DNA of 63,911 nt, the filler included, from Octopus bimaculoides (taxonomy: Eukaryota): NCBI RefSeq assembly GCF_001194135.2. It is 7 parts of 5 records of this genome, joined end to end, with 100 filler letters (N's around TTAATTAATTAA, not from the genome) between each part and the next. Parts side by side here need not be neighbours in the genome. Positions count along the whole stretch, not along the records: positions 14,614 to 39,939 come from NC_068982.1; 6 more parts are not named here. One strand, given 5' to 3'. The stretch's first letter is position 1. The number at the start of each line of letters is the position of its first letter. The notes beneath the pieces are model-generated. The model was not told the origin of the DNA and made no database searches. It saw only the letters and a list, made by a program, of their open reading frames with translations. The translations under genes were made by a program, and so were the position numbers. Of this stretch, positions 24,099 to 36,845 are shown piece by piece.

Positions 24099-24505
24099 TA
24101 TAGGCATGGCTGTGTGGTAAGAAGCTTGCTTCCTAATCACACGGTTCTGGGTTCAGTCCCACTGCATGGCACCCTGGGCTAGTGTCTTCTACTATAGCCG
24201 CAGGCTGACCAAAGTCTGATGAGTGGATTTGGTAGATGGAAACTGAAAGAAGCCCGTGGTATCTATATATGTATGTATTTATGTGTGTGTATCTTTACAT
24301 CTGTTTTTGTCCCCCAACCATCACTTGACAACCAATGTTGGTTTGTTTATGCCCTTTTTATCTTAGAGGTTCAGCAAAAGAGACGGATAGAATAAATACT
24401 AGGCTTACGAACAATAAGTCCTGGAGTTGATTACTGCAATAAAAAATCCTTTATGGCAGTGCTCCAACGTGGCCACAGTCAAATGACTGAAACACGTAAA
24501 AGAAT
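24099..24505 (+). mobile_element. SINE family A, diverged
   Basis: Head and tail motifs with CpG decay. Confidence 0.85.
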
Positions 24506-24515
24506 AACTTATAAA

Positions 24516-26025
24516 TATTGGGCTGAAAAGTCCATAGACTGACTATGAAGGAGTGATGCCAGAGCTGTGAAATCTTGCATGCATTAATTTCAACTTGCCT
24601 TATTAATAACTGAATTGTTTCTTTCCAGGTAAACTGACAACAGACTGTTCAAAGAAGATTTCAGAAGTAATTAGTAGCAACTTCTCTTGAAAATGGTCAA
24701 AATTCAGCTACATCATGTTATCAAGTATCTACAGAAAAATGGGTTTTGCCCCTAAGATATTCATGCTGACATGGTTGCTACATTAGGGGATGAAACTTCA
24801 GTTTTATCAACTGTGCAAAAGTGAGCAGCTGGATTTAGGAGAAGAAGAGAGAGTCTTGAAGATGACTCAATGTCTGGACATCCTGCAACTACCACCACTG
24901 AAAAAAACATTGATTGTGTTCACCACATAAAGTTAATGTTAAAGTTTCCTTCTCAAGTCATACTGACTCATAAGGGCTGGTTTCCTGGTTTTCATGGTGT
25001 TTATATTCCCCACCTGGATGGGATGCTGGTCTGTTGCTGGATTACTCACTTTTGCCAGCTGAGTGAACTGGTGCAATGTGAAATGAAGTGTTTTGCTCAA
25101 GAACACATATCACCCAGTCCAGGAAGTGAAACCACAATCTTATGATCATGAGTCCAACACCCTAACCACTAAGCCACACATCTCCACTGTTCACCACATG
25201 CTGATGGATGACAGACATTCAAATGTGAGTCAAATAGTCAATACTATTAACATATCCTGTGAGAGAGTTGGGAATATTCTGCACTATGAACTTGGCATGG
25301 CAACAGTTTCTACTCAGTGGGTACCATGTTTTTGTCATCTGATCAAAAGTACAACCTCACAGAAAAATCTGACATTGCTTGAGGTAGATCTAGTTTGTTT
25401 TCTTTGAACCAGAGACAAAGATACAGTCCATGCAGTGGAAACACCCATCCTCACATGCTCCAAAGAAGTCCATGGTCATTTCATCTGCAAGGAAGATGAC
25501 AACCTCAGTTTTTGGGGATGCAAAAGGCATTGTGTTTATTGACCATCTTGAAAATGACTATGTCATCTATGAAGAGTAGTATCCTAATTTGCTGAGGCAA
25601 TTAAAAAAGGTTATCAAGACCAAATGACTAGGAAACTGATGAAAGGGATCTTGTTTCATGAAAACAATGCTCCAGCATGCAAGTCTTTGATTCTAATGAC
25701 TACTGTGCACAAGTGTGACTTTGAACTGGTTCCCCACCATCCCTATTCTTCTGATTTGACCTCGTCTGACAATCATCTGTTCCCCAATATGAAGAAGCAC
25801 TTGGGTGGGAACCTGTATCATAGCAATGATGACATCATATCTGCTGTTGATAACTTTTTGGCCAGCAGGATGAAAGCTTCTCCACCAATGGGATCCAAGC
25901 ACTGCAATACCAACGGAAAAAGTGAATGGGCTGCAAAGGGGAGTATATGGAAAAATAAACTTCATTTGGTTACATTTCATGAGAATATTTTGGTCAGCTT
26001 ATGAAATTTTCAGTTGAGCCTGGTA
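24516..26025 (+). pseudogene. Near full-length mariner transposase relic
   Basis: IKYLQK..PKDIHADM, WVP, HENNAP, PYSSDLTSSDNHLFPNMKKHL motifs; TIR remnants GGCTGAAAAGTCCATAG.CTGAC and reverse; stops and frameshifts. Confidence 0.9.
24929..25187 (-). mobile_element. SINE with family C head and different tail, inserted in the mariner
   Basis: 12-bp TSD TGTTCACCACAT at 24917-24928 and 25188-25199. Confidence 0.85.
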
Positions 26026-26055
26026 TATAAATAAATATATATACATACATTCAGA

Positions 26056-26079
26056 CAGACAGACACACACACACACACA

Positions 26080-26147
<68 letters not shown>
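26056..26147. repeat. (CA)n microsatellite
   Basis: Direct reading. Confidence 0.95.
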
Positions 26148-26149
<2 letters not shown>

Positions 26150-26418
26150 CATATTGATCAAAACAGTTTGATTCAAATTCATTGGTACTCTTGAGTTTCA
26201 AGCACGATGCTAGTCTTCAGCCATTTTAAATTTGAATGACAGAAATTGATTGTTATTACTATGAAAATGGGCTGCGATTGATCCAGGAAGGTTACATAGT
26301 GTTGTGGTTTGATGTTGGAAAATACCACATGGTGAACAGGAAATCAAGCGTGTGGTGGTAAGAAAATCAGTCAGGTTGTTGGAGGGAAAATAGTGCCCTT
26401 CTTTCATTTGTCCACTCA

Positions 26419-26457
<39 letters not shown>

Positions 26458-27377
26458 ACACATACACATATATTTATATATAAAGCTATATAAATGAAAG
26501 CTGGAGTAATTTGCCTATCACTAGGGTATGCACATTAAGTATGATACATAGATAGTTATTTTAATTTAATACTGCTTGAATTGCCTACCCTAGATTATTT
26601 TCCAGCTTGGCAGATGTTCACAACACCAGTGAATGTAATCATTCCACTCATCACATGGGAGGAGTGTACCATTATTACTAATTCCCTACAACAGTTTTTA
26701 AATACAACACACACCAGAGAGATTTTATCTTGGATGAAAACTATAGTAACTTTCCTATCAGTGGTGTATATTTATATATCATGTATGATACTCAGATGTC
26801 TGTAAGAATTAAACTGTTACTTTTTGTATGGAGAAATATTACATTGCTTGGAAACAGGTGAAGGTTGGTGACAACAGACGCAACTGATTGTGGAGAATCT
26901 GTCTCAACAAATTTCATCTGACCCATGCAAGCATGGAAAAGTGGGCATTAAATCAATGATGATGATATATTCAATTAGCTCTATTTCAAGTTTAACTTCA
27001 TTTATCTTGTTTATAATTTATTATCATTTCTATGACAATATTCAATGTAAGTTACTCAAACAATAAAATTATTTGGTGACTAAACTTACTTTTGAAGATA
27101 ATATGAAAGCATCATCTTCAAACAAAAGTTTTCATCTTTTAATTTGTTTCTCACTAATTTAATGTTGATTTTTATCTTTCTTTTATTCTATTTTATTTTA
27201 GATATTTTAAAGATGTTTCAGATTTGATGGTCAGATAAAAATTGCAAATATTCAAAGTAATATTTAATTTCATTTTTTAAAATCTGTGAACCTGACTGAA
27301 AATGCAACAGTAGACTGGAATTGATTAATTTGCCCATTCCCTTCCTGTAAATCTGTAATTTTGTGCCATTGTTTCTA

Positions 27378-27623
<246 letters not shown>

Positions 27624-27629
27624 GTTGTT

Positions 27630-27760
27630 GGGCAGGCAGAATTGTAAGCATGCCAGGGAAAATGCTTAGTGGCAATTTGTTGGTCTTTACATTCTGAGTC
27701 CAAATTCTGCCAAGGTCTACTTTGCCTTTCATCCTCTCAGGCTTGATAAATTAAGTACCA
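27630..27760 (+). mobile_element. SINE family D, 3' truncated
   Basis: GGCAGAATTGTAAGC..AAATGCTTAG..TTCTGAGT..CTTTCATCCT..GATAAATTAAGTACCAG. Confidence 0.8.
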
Positions 27761-27764
27761 GAGA

Positions 27765-28235
27765 TTCCCATTTGGTGTATGCAACAGAATGCATGAAACA
27801 ACTTGATTTATGTTGGTTGTACAAGAGAACAATTTAACAAATGGTTTAATGGAAACAGATATGATGTCAAGCACAATCACAGTTGTTCGAGAGAACTTGC
27901 TGAACGTTTTGTTTCAAACAGCTGCAGCTTTGAAAAAAACTTGAAAGTGCATATTCTTGGAAAATAGTCTGAATCTGCTTCACTTTCAATACTCAAAATG
28001 CACAAGGAGAAATATATTTGTGGGTTATTAACATCACACCCTGGAGGAATGAATAAAACGACAGGAGAATATCGTCAAATTTATACAAAACTGTTTGATT
28101 AAAAATTCTTCTTTTTCCTTTTCTTTTTTCTTTCCTTTTTCTCTTTTTTTTCTGTCTTTTTCTTTTTGCCAGTTATAAAATTGAAACTTAAAGACTGATG
28201 ATGTCATTCCACCAAAATGAAGATGTTGGTTGCTC
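27765..28235 (+). mobile_element. Penelope-like GIY-YIG endonuclease relic plus 3' tail
   Basis: LVYA..C..(frameshift)YVGCTREQFNKWFNGNRYD..RELAE.F..KVHIL..GMN; degenerate CTGATGA hammerhead remnant at 28195. Confidence 0.75.
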
Positions 28236-28540
28236 TCATTCATACTTTATATTTGAATTTCTATAATTTTGAATTTTTATCACTTTTTATTTTGAACTTT
28301 ATTATTTACCTGTTTTTGTCATTGGACTGCATCCATGCTAAAATAACATCTTTAAAGAAGGTTTTCTCTTTTTTTTTTTATCGAACAAACTGAACTCACT
28401 ACTTTCTGTTTTAAGTTTAGTATTCTGTTGAGCTCTTTTGCTGAACCATTAAGTTATAGTGATGTAAATAAACCCCGTTGGTTATCAAGCAGTTGTTGGG
28501 GATAAACACAAACACAAACACAGACATACATGCACACATA

Positions 28541-28764
28541 CACAAGGGGGTGCTGAAAAGTTTCTGGCTTTTAGGTAAAAGAAAATACCGGAGAATCGGG
28601 TAATTATGATTTTATTCAACATATTCCCCTCTCAGATCCACACACTCATTGCAGTGTTCCTTCAGTTTTTCTAAGCCCTGTAAAAGAACTCAGAATTTTG
28701 GGCCTCCAACCAGACCTTACGCAATACCCTTAAAGTCAGGAACTTTTTGACACCCCACCTCCTA
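28541..28764. mobile_element. Tc1/mariner MITE
   Basis: TIR GGGGGTGCTGAAAAGTT.CTGGCTTT and reverse; same family as 59772-59966. Confidence 0.8.
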
Positions 28765-28861
28765 TATGCAACAGGCTTCCATACAGTTTCTCTCTGCCAA
28801 ATTCACTTGTAAAATATTGGCAGAAGTGTTAAGACCAGTCCCTCTGATGGTGAAATGCATT

Positions 28862-29195
28862 CATGGCAGTGCTATGTAAAAGTGCTCATGGGGCACCACA
28901 TCAAAGTGTCCATGTAGCACCACATAAAAGTGTCCGTGCGGTGCCATGTAAGAGCGCCTGTGCAGCACCATGTAAAAGTACCAGTGCAGTTCCACATAAA
29001 AGTGCCTGTGTGGTGCCATGTCAAAGCATCCAGCACACTCTGTAAAGTGGTCGGTGTTAGGAAGGACATCCAGCTGTAGAAACCATACCAAATCAGACTG
29101 GAGTCTAGTATAGCTCCCCAGCTTGACAGTTCTGGTCAAACTGTCCAACTCATATCAATATGGACAACGGACATTAAATGATGATGATGATGATT
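28862..29195 (+). mobile_element. RTE-tail-like repeat with 24-bp tandem array and (GAT)n end
   Basis: About seven 24-bp units (G.GCCA.GTAAAAG...) followed by the shared tail. Confidence 0.7.
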
Positions 29196-30295
29196 GTTAA
29201 TCCAGGGCTAAAGTAGAAGACATTTGTCCAAGGTGCTGTACAGTGGGACTGAACCCAAAATCACAAATTGTTATCATGACAAGAGGAGATATGGTTGATA
29301 TAGATGACAAACACCTTCTCATTTGCAAAGGAAACTTGTTGCTAAGTCTGCTGTGGAATATAGAAGAGCCCATTGCTTGCAGAATATAAAACTTGCTTAC
29401 AAGTAAGAGATTAGGTCTCTCTTTTAATCTTTTATTTATTTTATTTATTAGACTGTAGCTATGCTGGAACACTGTTTTGAAGGGTTTTAGTCAATCTTAT
29501 CAACCCCAATACTCATTTCTTCATTATTCTTTAAATTAATTGAAATAAAGGCAATTTATTATGTCTGAAATATCTGAAATAGGTTATAAACTGCAAATGG
29601 TCACAAAACTTCTGATATGCACAATAAGACATGTCATGGTATGTCTATGTGGGCTGTGATATTTAAATTATGTTATAAACTACCTACTGTTTAGGGAATC
29701 TCATGGCAATTACTAATCTGCATGCATCTAATATGTATTGCTTCTTTATTACATAAGTTACCAATATGGAACTTATGTCTATCAAAAGCCTTGATAGAGC
29801 TGTAAGTTATGTATTCTGACAACTGTCAAAATGCCTCTTAAGAGATAGGCAGCCATATCCGTGTACATAATACTTAAATATATTGAATTGATAGTATCAG
29901 TTATGTAAAAACTTGTTACATTTTTCTCTGAATAATGTGCATCATATAAATTCTAAAGCATTTGTCAACATTTTCAACCAAGACATTTATGTCTGTGCAT
30001 ATTCTGTCAGAATAGACATATATCATTTGAGAGGAAGTCCCAAATGAATATGTTGCATTTTTGGCTCTTCTCATCGTGTAAGTGGACATGTCAAGAATGG
30101 TAACTGATTCATTTATGTGAGGGATCCAAAATTATCAGATGTGCAGAAATGTGAATAAATTGATTAACTGCCTTGCTCTTTTTCTTTCCTTCTTTTCTTT
30201 TCTTTTGATATCAAAGTGTTCCATCCATCTCCAACTCCACACACATGCATGCAGTTAAAGTGAATTCTGAGTGAGGGACTATTTAAAGTTCAAAC

Positions 30296-30669
30296 CAGTC
30301 ATGGGAAAACTGTGGCACACAGGCCACATGTAGCACAAATACCACATGTAACTCACAGGATATGTGTAGCCTACAAGACACATATGCAAGCCTCATTCCA
30401 CATGCAACCCACAGGCCACATGCAGCCCATAAGCCATATGCAGCTCACAAGCCACATGTAGCCCACAGGCCATATGCAGCTCACAGGCCACATGCAGTCC
30501 ACAGATCACATGCAGCCTACAAGCCACAAGCAGCCCGCAGATTTTCTAATTGACCTACCCAATTTCACAAGGAAAATAATGTTTAGCGAAATGTTTTTGT
30601 AGTGTGGTTTGCCTAATGATGAGTCATATCTAGGCCAGCCTGCTTCTTGAAAAATGTTTCCCATGCCTG
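30296..30669. mobile_element. hAT-type MITE with internal 18-bp tandem array
   Basis: TIR CAGTCATGGGAAA / TTTCCCATGCCTG; 8-bp TSD GTTCAAAC vs ATTTAAAC (6/8). Confidence 0.8.
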
Positions 30670-30949
30670 ATTTAAACAGTATATGATAAACTAACAACTA
30701 TAAAGATAATTGTAGGCTAATATACTTCTTCTAGTGGGCCAATATATTTTAAATTAATGAAGATTTCACGTATAGTAATTAAGAAAGTTATTCCCTTAAC
30801 ATCTAGAACGCTGTCAAGAGTTCCCTTCTTTCTACCTGCTGGGCAATGTGATTAGTAGAGGTTCCCTTTTAGCAATATATTGAGAGGTAGTGATGATGTT
30901 CTTGGGGAAACTCTAGGCATTAATGAAGACAAATTAGCTGGTCTGTGCT

Positions 30950-31330
30950 GAAGGATTTCCAGGATGGGACCCACAATGAATAATTTCCAAAAATCTTTGG
31001 CTTGGCAGTACTATCATGTCAGACATGTTCACCCTATCTTGACAGTTATAAGTGGCAACAGCCAAGGAGTACATCTAGTTATGTGACTAGATTATGACTA
31101 TCTGGTCACTGCATGTATCACTCTGAACTGGAAGCATCCAAATTAGTCCTGTGGAACCCACTTCATGGTGATGTAAGAAGACGAAAATGTCACCACACTT
31201 ACATCAACAACTTGATTGCAGACACTGGCCTGGAACATATCTAGGACCTTGAGGCAGTGATGATGAACCAACCAAGAAGTGTGATGGGTGAACTTTGTTG
31301 CTGTAGCCTGGGTTGGAATCCAACCATAAT
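30950..31330 (+). mobile_element. RTE/RTEX-like LINE 3' remnant
   Basis: GHC....E.EASKLVLWNPLHG..RR....TYINNLIADTGL. Confidence 0.6.
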
Positions 31331-32834
31331 AAATAATAAATAATTGTGTTGATGCACATTTAAGGTTAAACGGGATGCCCGATTTCAATCAAAGTAACTC
31401 TCATCCTTCTGGGACATGTACTTAATATAATTTTATATTAATTTATTTTCTTTTCCAACATAACTTTTTACATTCACTGTAAGCTTCCCACTGTTGTTGC
31501 TATCTATCTTTGTAATGTACCTCATTTACTGTGCTTCTAGCAAATAAAGAATTGTTTACTATTATTATAATTGTTGTCATTGCTGAGCTACTGCTTCTAC
31601 TGCTGATATTATCATTGGTCCTCAAACCGTGCACACATGTGTTTATTTTGCTCTGAAGCTAGACCACTTTTATAACATTATCAAATGAAATTGTCTTTAG
31701 AGGACTCGTTAAAAAAAAAATTATAATACTCTGAGAAAAGCCTACGTTTGATACCTGGAGAGCAAACAATAAAAAAAAATTGTTTTTATAGGCTTTTCTT
31801 TATTTATTTACACGCACACCATTTTTACTCTCAATCTAACTACCACACACAAATGTGGCTGTTAATAAAAAAAAACACAAAAATAAAATGCACAGTTGAA
31901 TAAACAAAAAGAAGAAAAATGAACACTTAGATAATTACTAGATAGGAATATTCAAAGCAATCTAACATATGGATATGAAAGTAGCAACAGTAACAACAAC
32001 AGTGACAGTATTTGCACTTTAAATTATTCATACAATAGCTGTGTTAAAGCTAATCGTGCCTCAAACACAATAAATAGAATTTTCAAGTTTAACACATTTC
32101 CAAGAAAAAAGGTGGTTGGTAGAGTTCTGTTAAGTGTTTCTTTATTGCAGAATCTACTACAAGAGAAAATAAAGAAAATTGATATATCCATGCTTTAGAA
32201 AAAATGACATCTGAATCAACCTAAGGTTGATTCCTGAATCAACCTTAGTGACAAACACTTCAGGTCATCTTGAAAGAAATTCTCTCAGCTGAAAAACTTA
32301 TAGCACTATTTCCTGTAAATTCCAAAGAAAATGCTCAGCCAAAACATTAGCTGGATTTGCTAGACATAATTCCTTCTCCATACATTTGTGATTCAGTATA
32401 TGGAGCAAAAAAATACAAGATTGAAGATAATAAAAGACATTAGCATAGACTTCAGTATTTTGCTGGTTGTCCCTTTGGTATCACAATATGAGCGAGTGTT
32501 TAAAGTATGGCTAACAAGAGGAGACACGTGGGGCAAAAATATCAAGATAGCTTTGCTAGTCCTAATAACTCCCAAAGGTCATAAAGCTATTCTGGAACAG
32601 TGCCTCGTTGCAGGTGCTAAAACAAAGAACATGTGATTGCTGATGCAGGCCGACAAGCTTTGTGGTAGAGTTATAGTAGTTAGAACCACTTCAGAGTTTC
32701 TTGCTCTGAAGAACTAGAAAGACTAAGCAAGAAAACCAGAAAGGTAAGTATGGCGACCAACCAAGAGAGCAACATGAACAACAAATCTTTGTTTATAGAG
32801 CATCATCAATTTAAACTCCAAAAATGGCTTGAAT

Positions 32835-33105
32835 AATTGCTTTATATTCAGTTCTAGAACCAAGCCTGTAAACACCCACCTCCTAATATTGATGTCAAAT
32901 TTTGGCACAAGGAGAGCAATCTTGAGGGAGGGATTAAGCCAATTACACAGACCCCAGTGCTCAACAGGTACTTATTTTATCAACTCTGAAAGGATGAAAG
33001 GCAAAGATGACCTCAGTGTAATTAGAACTCAGAACATAAAGACAGATGAAATGTCTCTGAACATTTTGTCTGATGTGCTCATGATTCTGCCAGCTCACTG
33101 CCTTC
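32835..33105 (-). mobile_element. SINE family D
   Basis: Family motif match. Confidence 0.75.
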
Positions 33106-34299
33106 CCACCTCCTAAAATTAGCAATCAGTAGCATTGTCATGTGATGAGCAAGAAACAATGGTTTCTGAGGAATATATACATCAAAGAAAACAGTAAAGA
33201 AAAAAAAGAGAAAAAATTTTTTAAATGTGAAATCAAAATCTAAAAGAACTAAATCAGATGAAAAGGAACAATTTTCACAAAACAACAATGATACCATCAT
33301 CACCATCATCATTTAACATCAATATTTTCCATCCTAGTATGGGTTAGATGGTTTGACTGAAGCTTGTAGTATGTTGGAGAACTATCCCAGGATCCAGCCC
33401 CCAAAAATAAAAATAAAAAATTATGAAGTAAATGATGAGGAAGATGAGGAACAGATTTACTATCATTTGAAAATCAGACAACTCATAGATAAAATCACAC
33501 ATCTATGGAATCATGGATTTTCTAATGAGGTAAAACTAACACAAGTACAGTTGTGTTTGGAATACAGACAAAATGTAAAAGACAGATCATTAGTAAAAAC
33601 AGAATTCTAACACTATAACAAACTAAAATACTCATCAGTATATTTTAAACACTTGTGTTTGAAACGGGCCACATGCAGCCCACAAAATGCAAGTCCTTTT
33701 CTTTTTTTTTTTTTTTTTTTTTNNNNNNNNNNTTTTTTTTTTTTTTTCTTTTTGAAACACAAAATAACTCAAAAATGTTAACTGGAGCTTTTGAGTGCAC
33801 AAGACTGCGATACAAACAATGGCTAATAGGCAGAGATGGGATGAGAATCCTCAAACTTCACCAGTTATTTGCTTAAAATTATTTTAACCATCTCTTTGTA
33901 AACTGAATAACATCTTTCAGCTCTCTCTTTGTCATTGTATAGCTTAACTGTCTCTACCCAACACATTTTCTATGTAAATCCCTTGGTTATTTTCCATTCA
34001 TATTTATACGTATCTCTCTGAAGCCCTTATTGGCTAATGATAAAATAAAGCAGTTCAGCAAAAGAGACTGATAGAATAAGTACTAGGCTTATAAAGATTA
34101 AGTCCTGGAGTCCATTTGTTCGATTAAAGGCAGTGCTCCAGTATGGCCACAGTCAAGTGACTGTAACAACTGAAAGAAATAAAAAAAATATTCCAAAGCT
34201 ATTACATGCTAATTTAATTATAAGAAGTGTTATCTTGATATTTAGTGACAAAATATCTCCTTAATCTCATGAATCTTTCTCAGGATTCTTTTAGGATGG

Positions 34300-34522
34300 C
34301 AAAGGCGACGAGAGCTGGCAGAAACATTAGCATGCTAGGCAAAATGCTTAGCAGTATTTCATCTGTCTTTATACTCTGAGTTCAAATTCCACTGAGGTTG
34401 ACTTTACCTTTCACACTTTCAAAGTCTATCAATTAAGTACCAGTTGCATACTGGGGTCGATCTAATCAACTGGCTCCCACCTCCCTAAAAATTTCAGGCC
34501 TTGTGCCCTACAGTAGAAAAGA
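34300..34522 (+). mobile_element. SINE family D
   Basis: GGCGACGAGAGCTGGCAGAAAC...GCCTTGTGCCCTACAGTAGAAAAG. Confidence 0.85.
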
Positions 34523-34529
34523 ATATAAG

Positions 34530-35145
34530 ATGGTGCTTTTTGCTGGTCAAACAATGTGGTCTTAATTCCATTATCTTTCAGTCTCTTAGTAGACTGGGTG
34601 TTGTCCCAACTGCACCAATTACAACAGGAATAATTGTTGTCTCAGTCTTCCACAATCTCTTCTACTCTCTAACTGGGTCCTGATATTTCTCAAGTTTTTC
34701 CACATATTTGGTTTCCATTCTGTTATCATATGGTATTGCAAAGTCTATGATCTTACATTGCTTGCATTGTTTGCTTATTTTGTCCTCTATAATCACATCT
34801 GATCTTTCTACTTCAATAGTATGATCAGTTTTTTTGAAGGACATCCTATACCTCCTGTAATTCTTTTTCTTTATCACAGCCTCTGGCTCTTGTTCATATA
34901 ACTTTCCTGTCATTTCAAAGATACTCACAAGGCAAACACCCCAATACACTCTATTAAATACAGAGTCATGCCTGTATTTTTTGTGGTGCTAGCTTACTGA
35001 ATTCACTGAGTAGGATGACTAACACTTTCTTCTCCTTTCCTGCAGATTCTGCATTTGCTCTCTGACTGATATTTGTTGATCTTTGCCTTAATCACATTTG
35101 TCTTGATAACATGTTTTTGAGTGGTTATAATTAGAGCTTTCAACT
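34530..35145 (-). mobile_element. R4/Dong-like non-LTR retrotransposon 3' relic (restriction-like endonuclease)
   Basis: CRIC..GEESVSH zinc knuckle, then DHTIEVERSDVIIEDK..KIIDFAIPYD..EKLEKYQD..IPVVIGAVG. Confidence 0.8.
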
Positions 35146-35149
35146 CTCG

Positions 35150-35345
35150 TCTCAGTGAGCTGGCACAATTGATTGAGAAAAAAATGCTTAGCAGCTTATC
35201 TAGCTCATTACATTCTGAGTTCAAGTTCCACTGAGATCATCTTTGCTTTCATCCTTTCAGGGTCAATAGAATAGATACCTGTCTAGTACTAGAGTCGATG
35301 TAATCGACTAGCTCATTCTCCCAAAATTTGAGGTCTCTTGCCTAT
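35150..35345 (+). mobile_element. SINE family D
   Basis: Family motif match. Confidence 0.8.
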
Positions 35346-35377
35346 AGTATGAATTATTATTTTTGTTGTTGTTGTTG

Positions 35378-35417
<40 letters not shown>

Positions 35418-35432
35418 GATTATGATTATTAT

Positions 35433-35645
35433 TAAGGCAGTGAGCTGGAAAAGTCTTAAGCACACTGGGCAAAATGCCTAGCTGCACTTTGTCCATCTTT
35501 ACATTCAGAGTTCAAATGTCTCCAGATATGATTTTGGCCTTCATCCATTTGGGCTCAATAAAATAAGTACCAGTTGAGCACTGTGGTCAATGTAATCAAC
35601 TTACCCCCTCCCTCAATATTGCTAGCCTTGTACCAAATTTGAAAT
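35433..35645 (+). mobile_element. SINE family D between ATT/ATC arrays
   Basis: Family motif match; flanked by (ATT)n and (ATC/ATT)n. Confidence 0.8.
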
Positions 35646-36524
35646 CATCATCATCATCATTATTATCATTATTATTATTATCATTATTATTATTATTATT
35701 ATTATTTAGATTTGCCATTGGAAAATGTGTTTGTGGATTACGTGCAAAACTGAATGAAATTTTTGTGGAAATATGCACATTGAGATCCAAACTTTCAATA
35801 ACTAGAATTTTTCAAGCATAAAGGGAAAAAAACAAAAACAAAAAGGCTTTAATTTGCTAATCTATCCTTTTTATATTCTTTCATGACCAAATACTTCAAA
35901 CATGGCTTCTGAGATAATATTCACTCCTGAAATTTTAACAAAGTAAAAAAAGAAGCAAAATCATTTAAACATGGTAACATATTTTACTTTTTTTAAAATA
36001 CATGGGGAAAATGTAATATTCAGCCAAATATATTTCATGTTATAACACACATAAATGGTTTAGTCAAAATTCTAATTGAGAAAATAGCAATTGAGGCCAT
36101 TGTAAACTCCTCTTGTAATTTTTATGTTGATACCTATGATTACGGTTGTTATTAGCAAAAACTTATAGACCTTCCTCTAGAAGAGCCAGCTCTTTAATAA
36201 TATTATTTGCATTCAGTGACATTTTTTCCAGGAAGAAATATCAGAGCATGTTTGAAAGCTTTAACTCCTGATGTTGAGTTTTCTTCTCAAGAAAGAAAAG
36301 TTCTTGTAGGTATGCACTTCAAGAAAAGTTCAGTTTCATTGACAATAAATATAAATGTAGATGTTGAACAATGAGAATGAGTGAACATGACAATGGTGGA
36401 TAAAATTTCTTTACTTGGGTATTAAGGCTACCATTGGTTTCATGTTAAGAAAATATTTTAATATCTTCACAATTTTTCCAGTCACTCACATGGAGGAAAA
36501 AATGCTTAATAACATTCTTTTATT

Positions 36525-36845
36525 CTTTTTATCTTTTTACTTGTTTCAGTCATTTGACTGCAGCCATGCTGGAGCACTGCCTTAAAGGATTTTTAGTTGA
36601 AAAAGTAGACCCCAGGACTTATTCTTTGTAAGCCTGGTATTTATCTTATCGGTCTCCTTACTTTATATATATATATATATATGTATACAATGGGCTTCTT
36701 ACAGTTTCCGCCTACCAAATCCACTCACAAGGCTTTGGTTAGCCTGCAGCCATAGTAGAAGACACTTGCCCAAGGTTCCATGTAGTGGGACTGAACCCGG
36801 AACCATGTGTTTGGGAAGCAAGCTTCTTACCATACACCCATGCCT
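36525..36845 (-). mobile_element. SINE family A
   Basis: Reverse match, partial internal deletion. Confidence 0.85.

Noticed and set aside
28862-30541. CRISPR-like arrays (24-bp and 18-bp repeats)
   Set aside because: Head-to-tail units without unique spacers, inside eukaryotic transposon remnants; no cas genes
32150-32740. Apparent plus-strand coding region between strong AG and GTAAGT
   Set aside because: Best frame has roughly one stop per 15 codons, as expected for random AT-rich DNA
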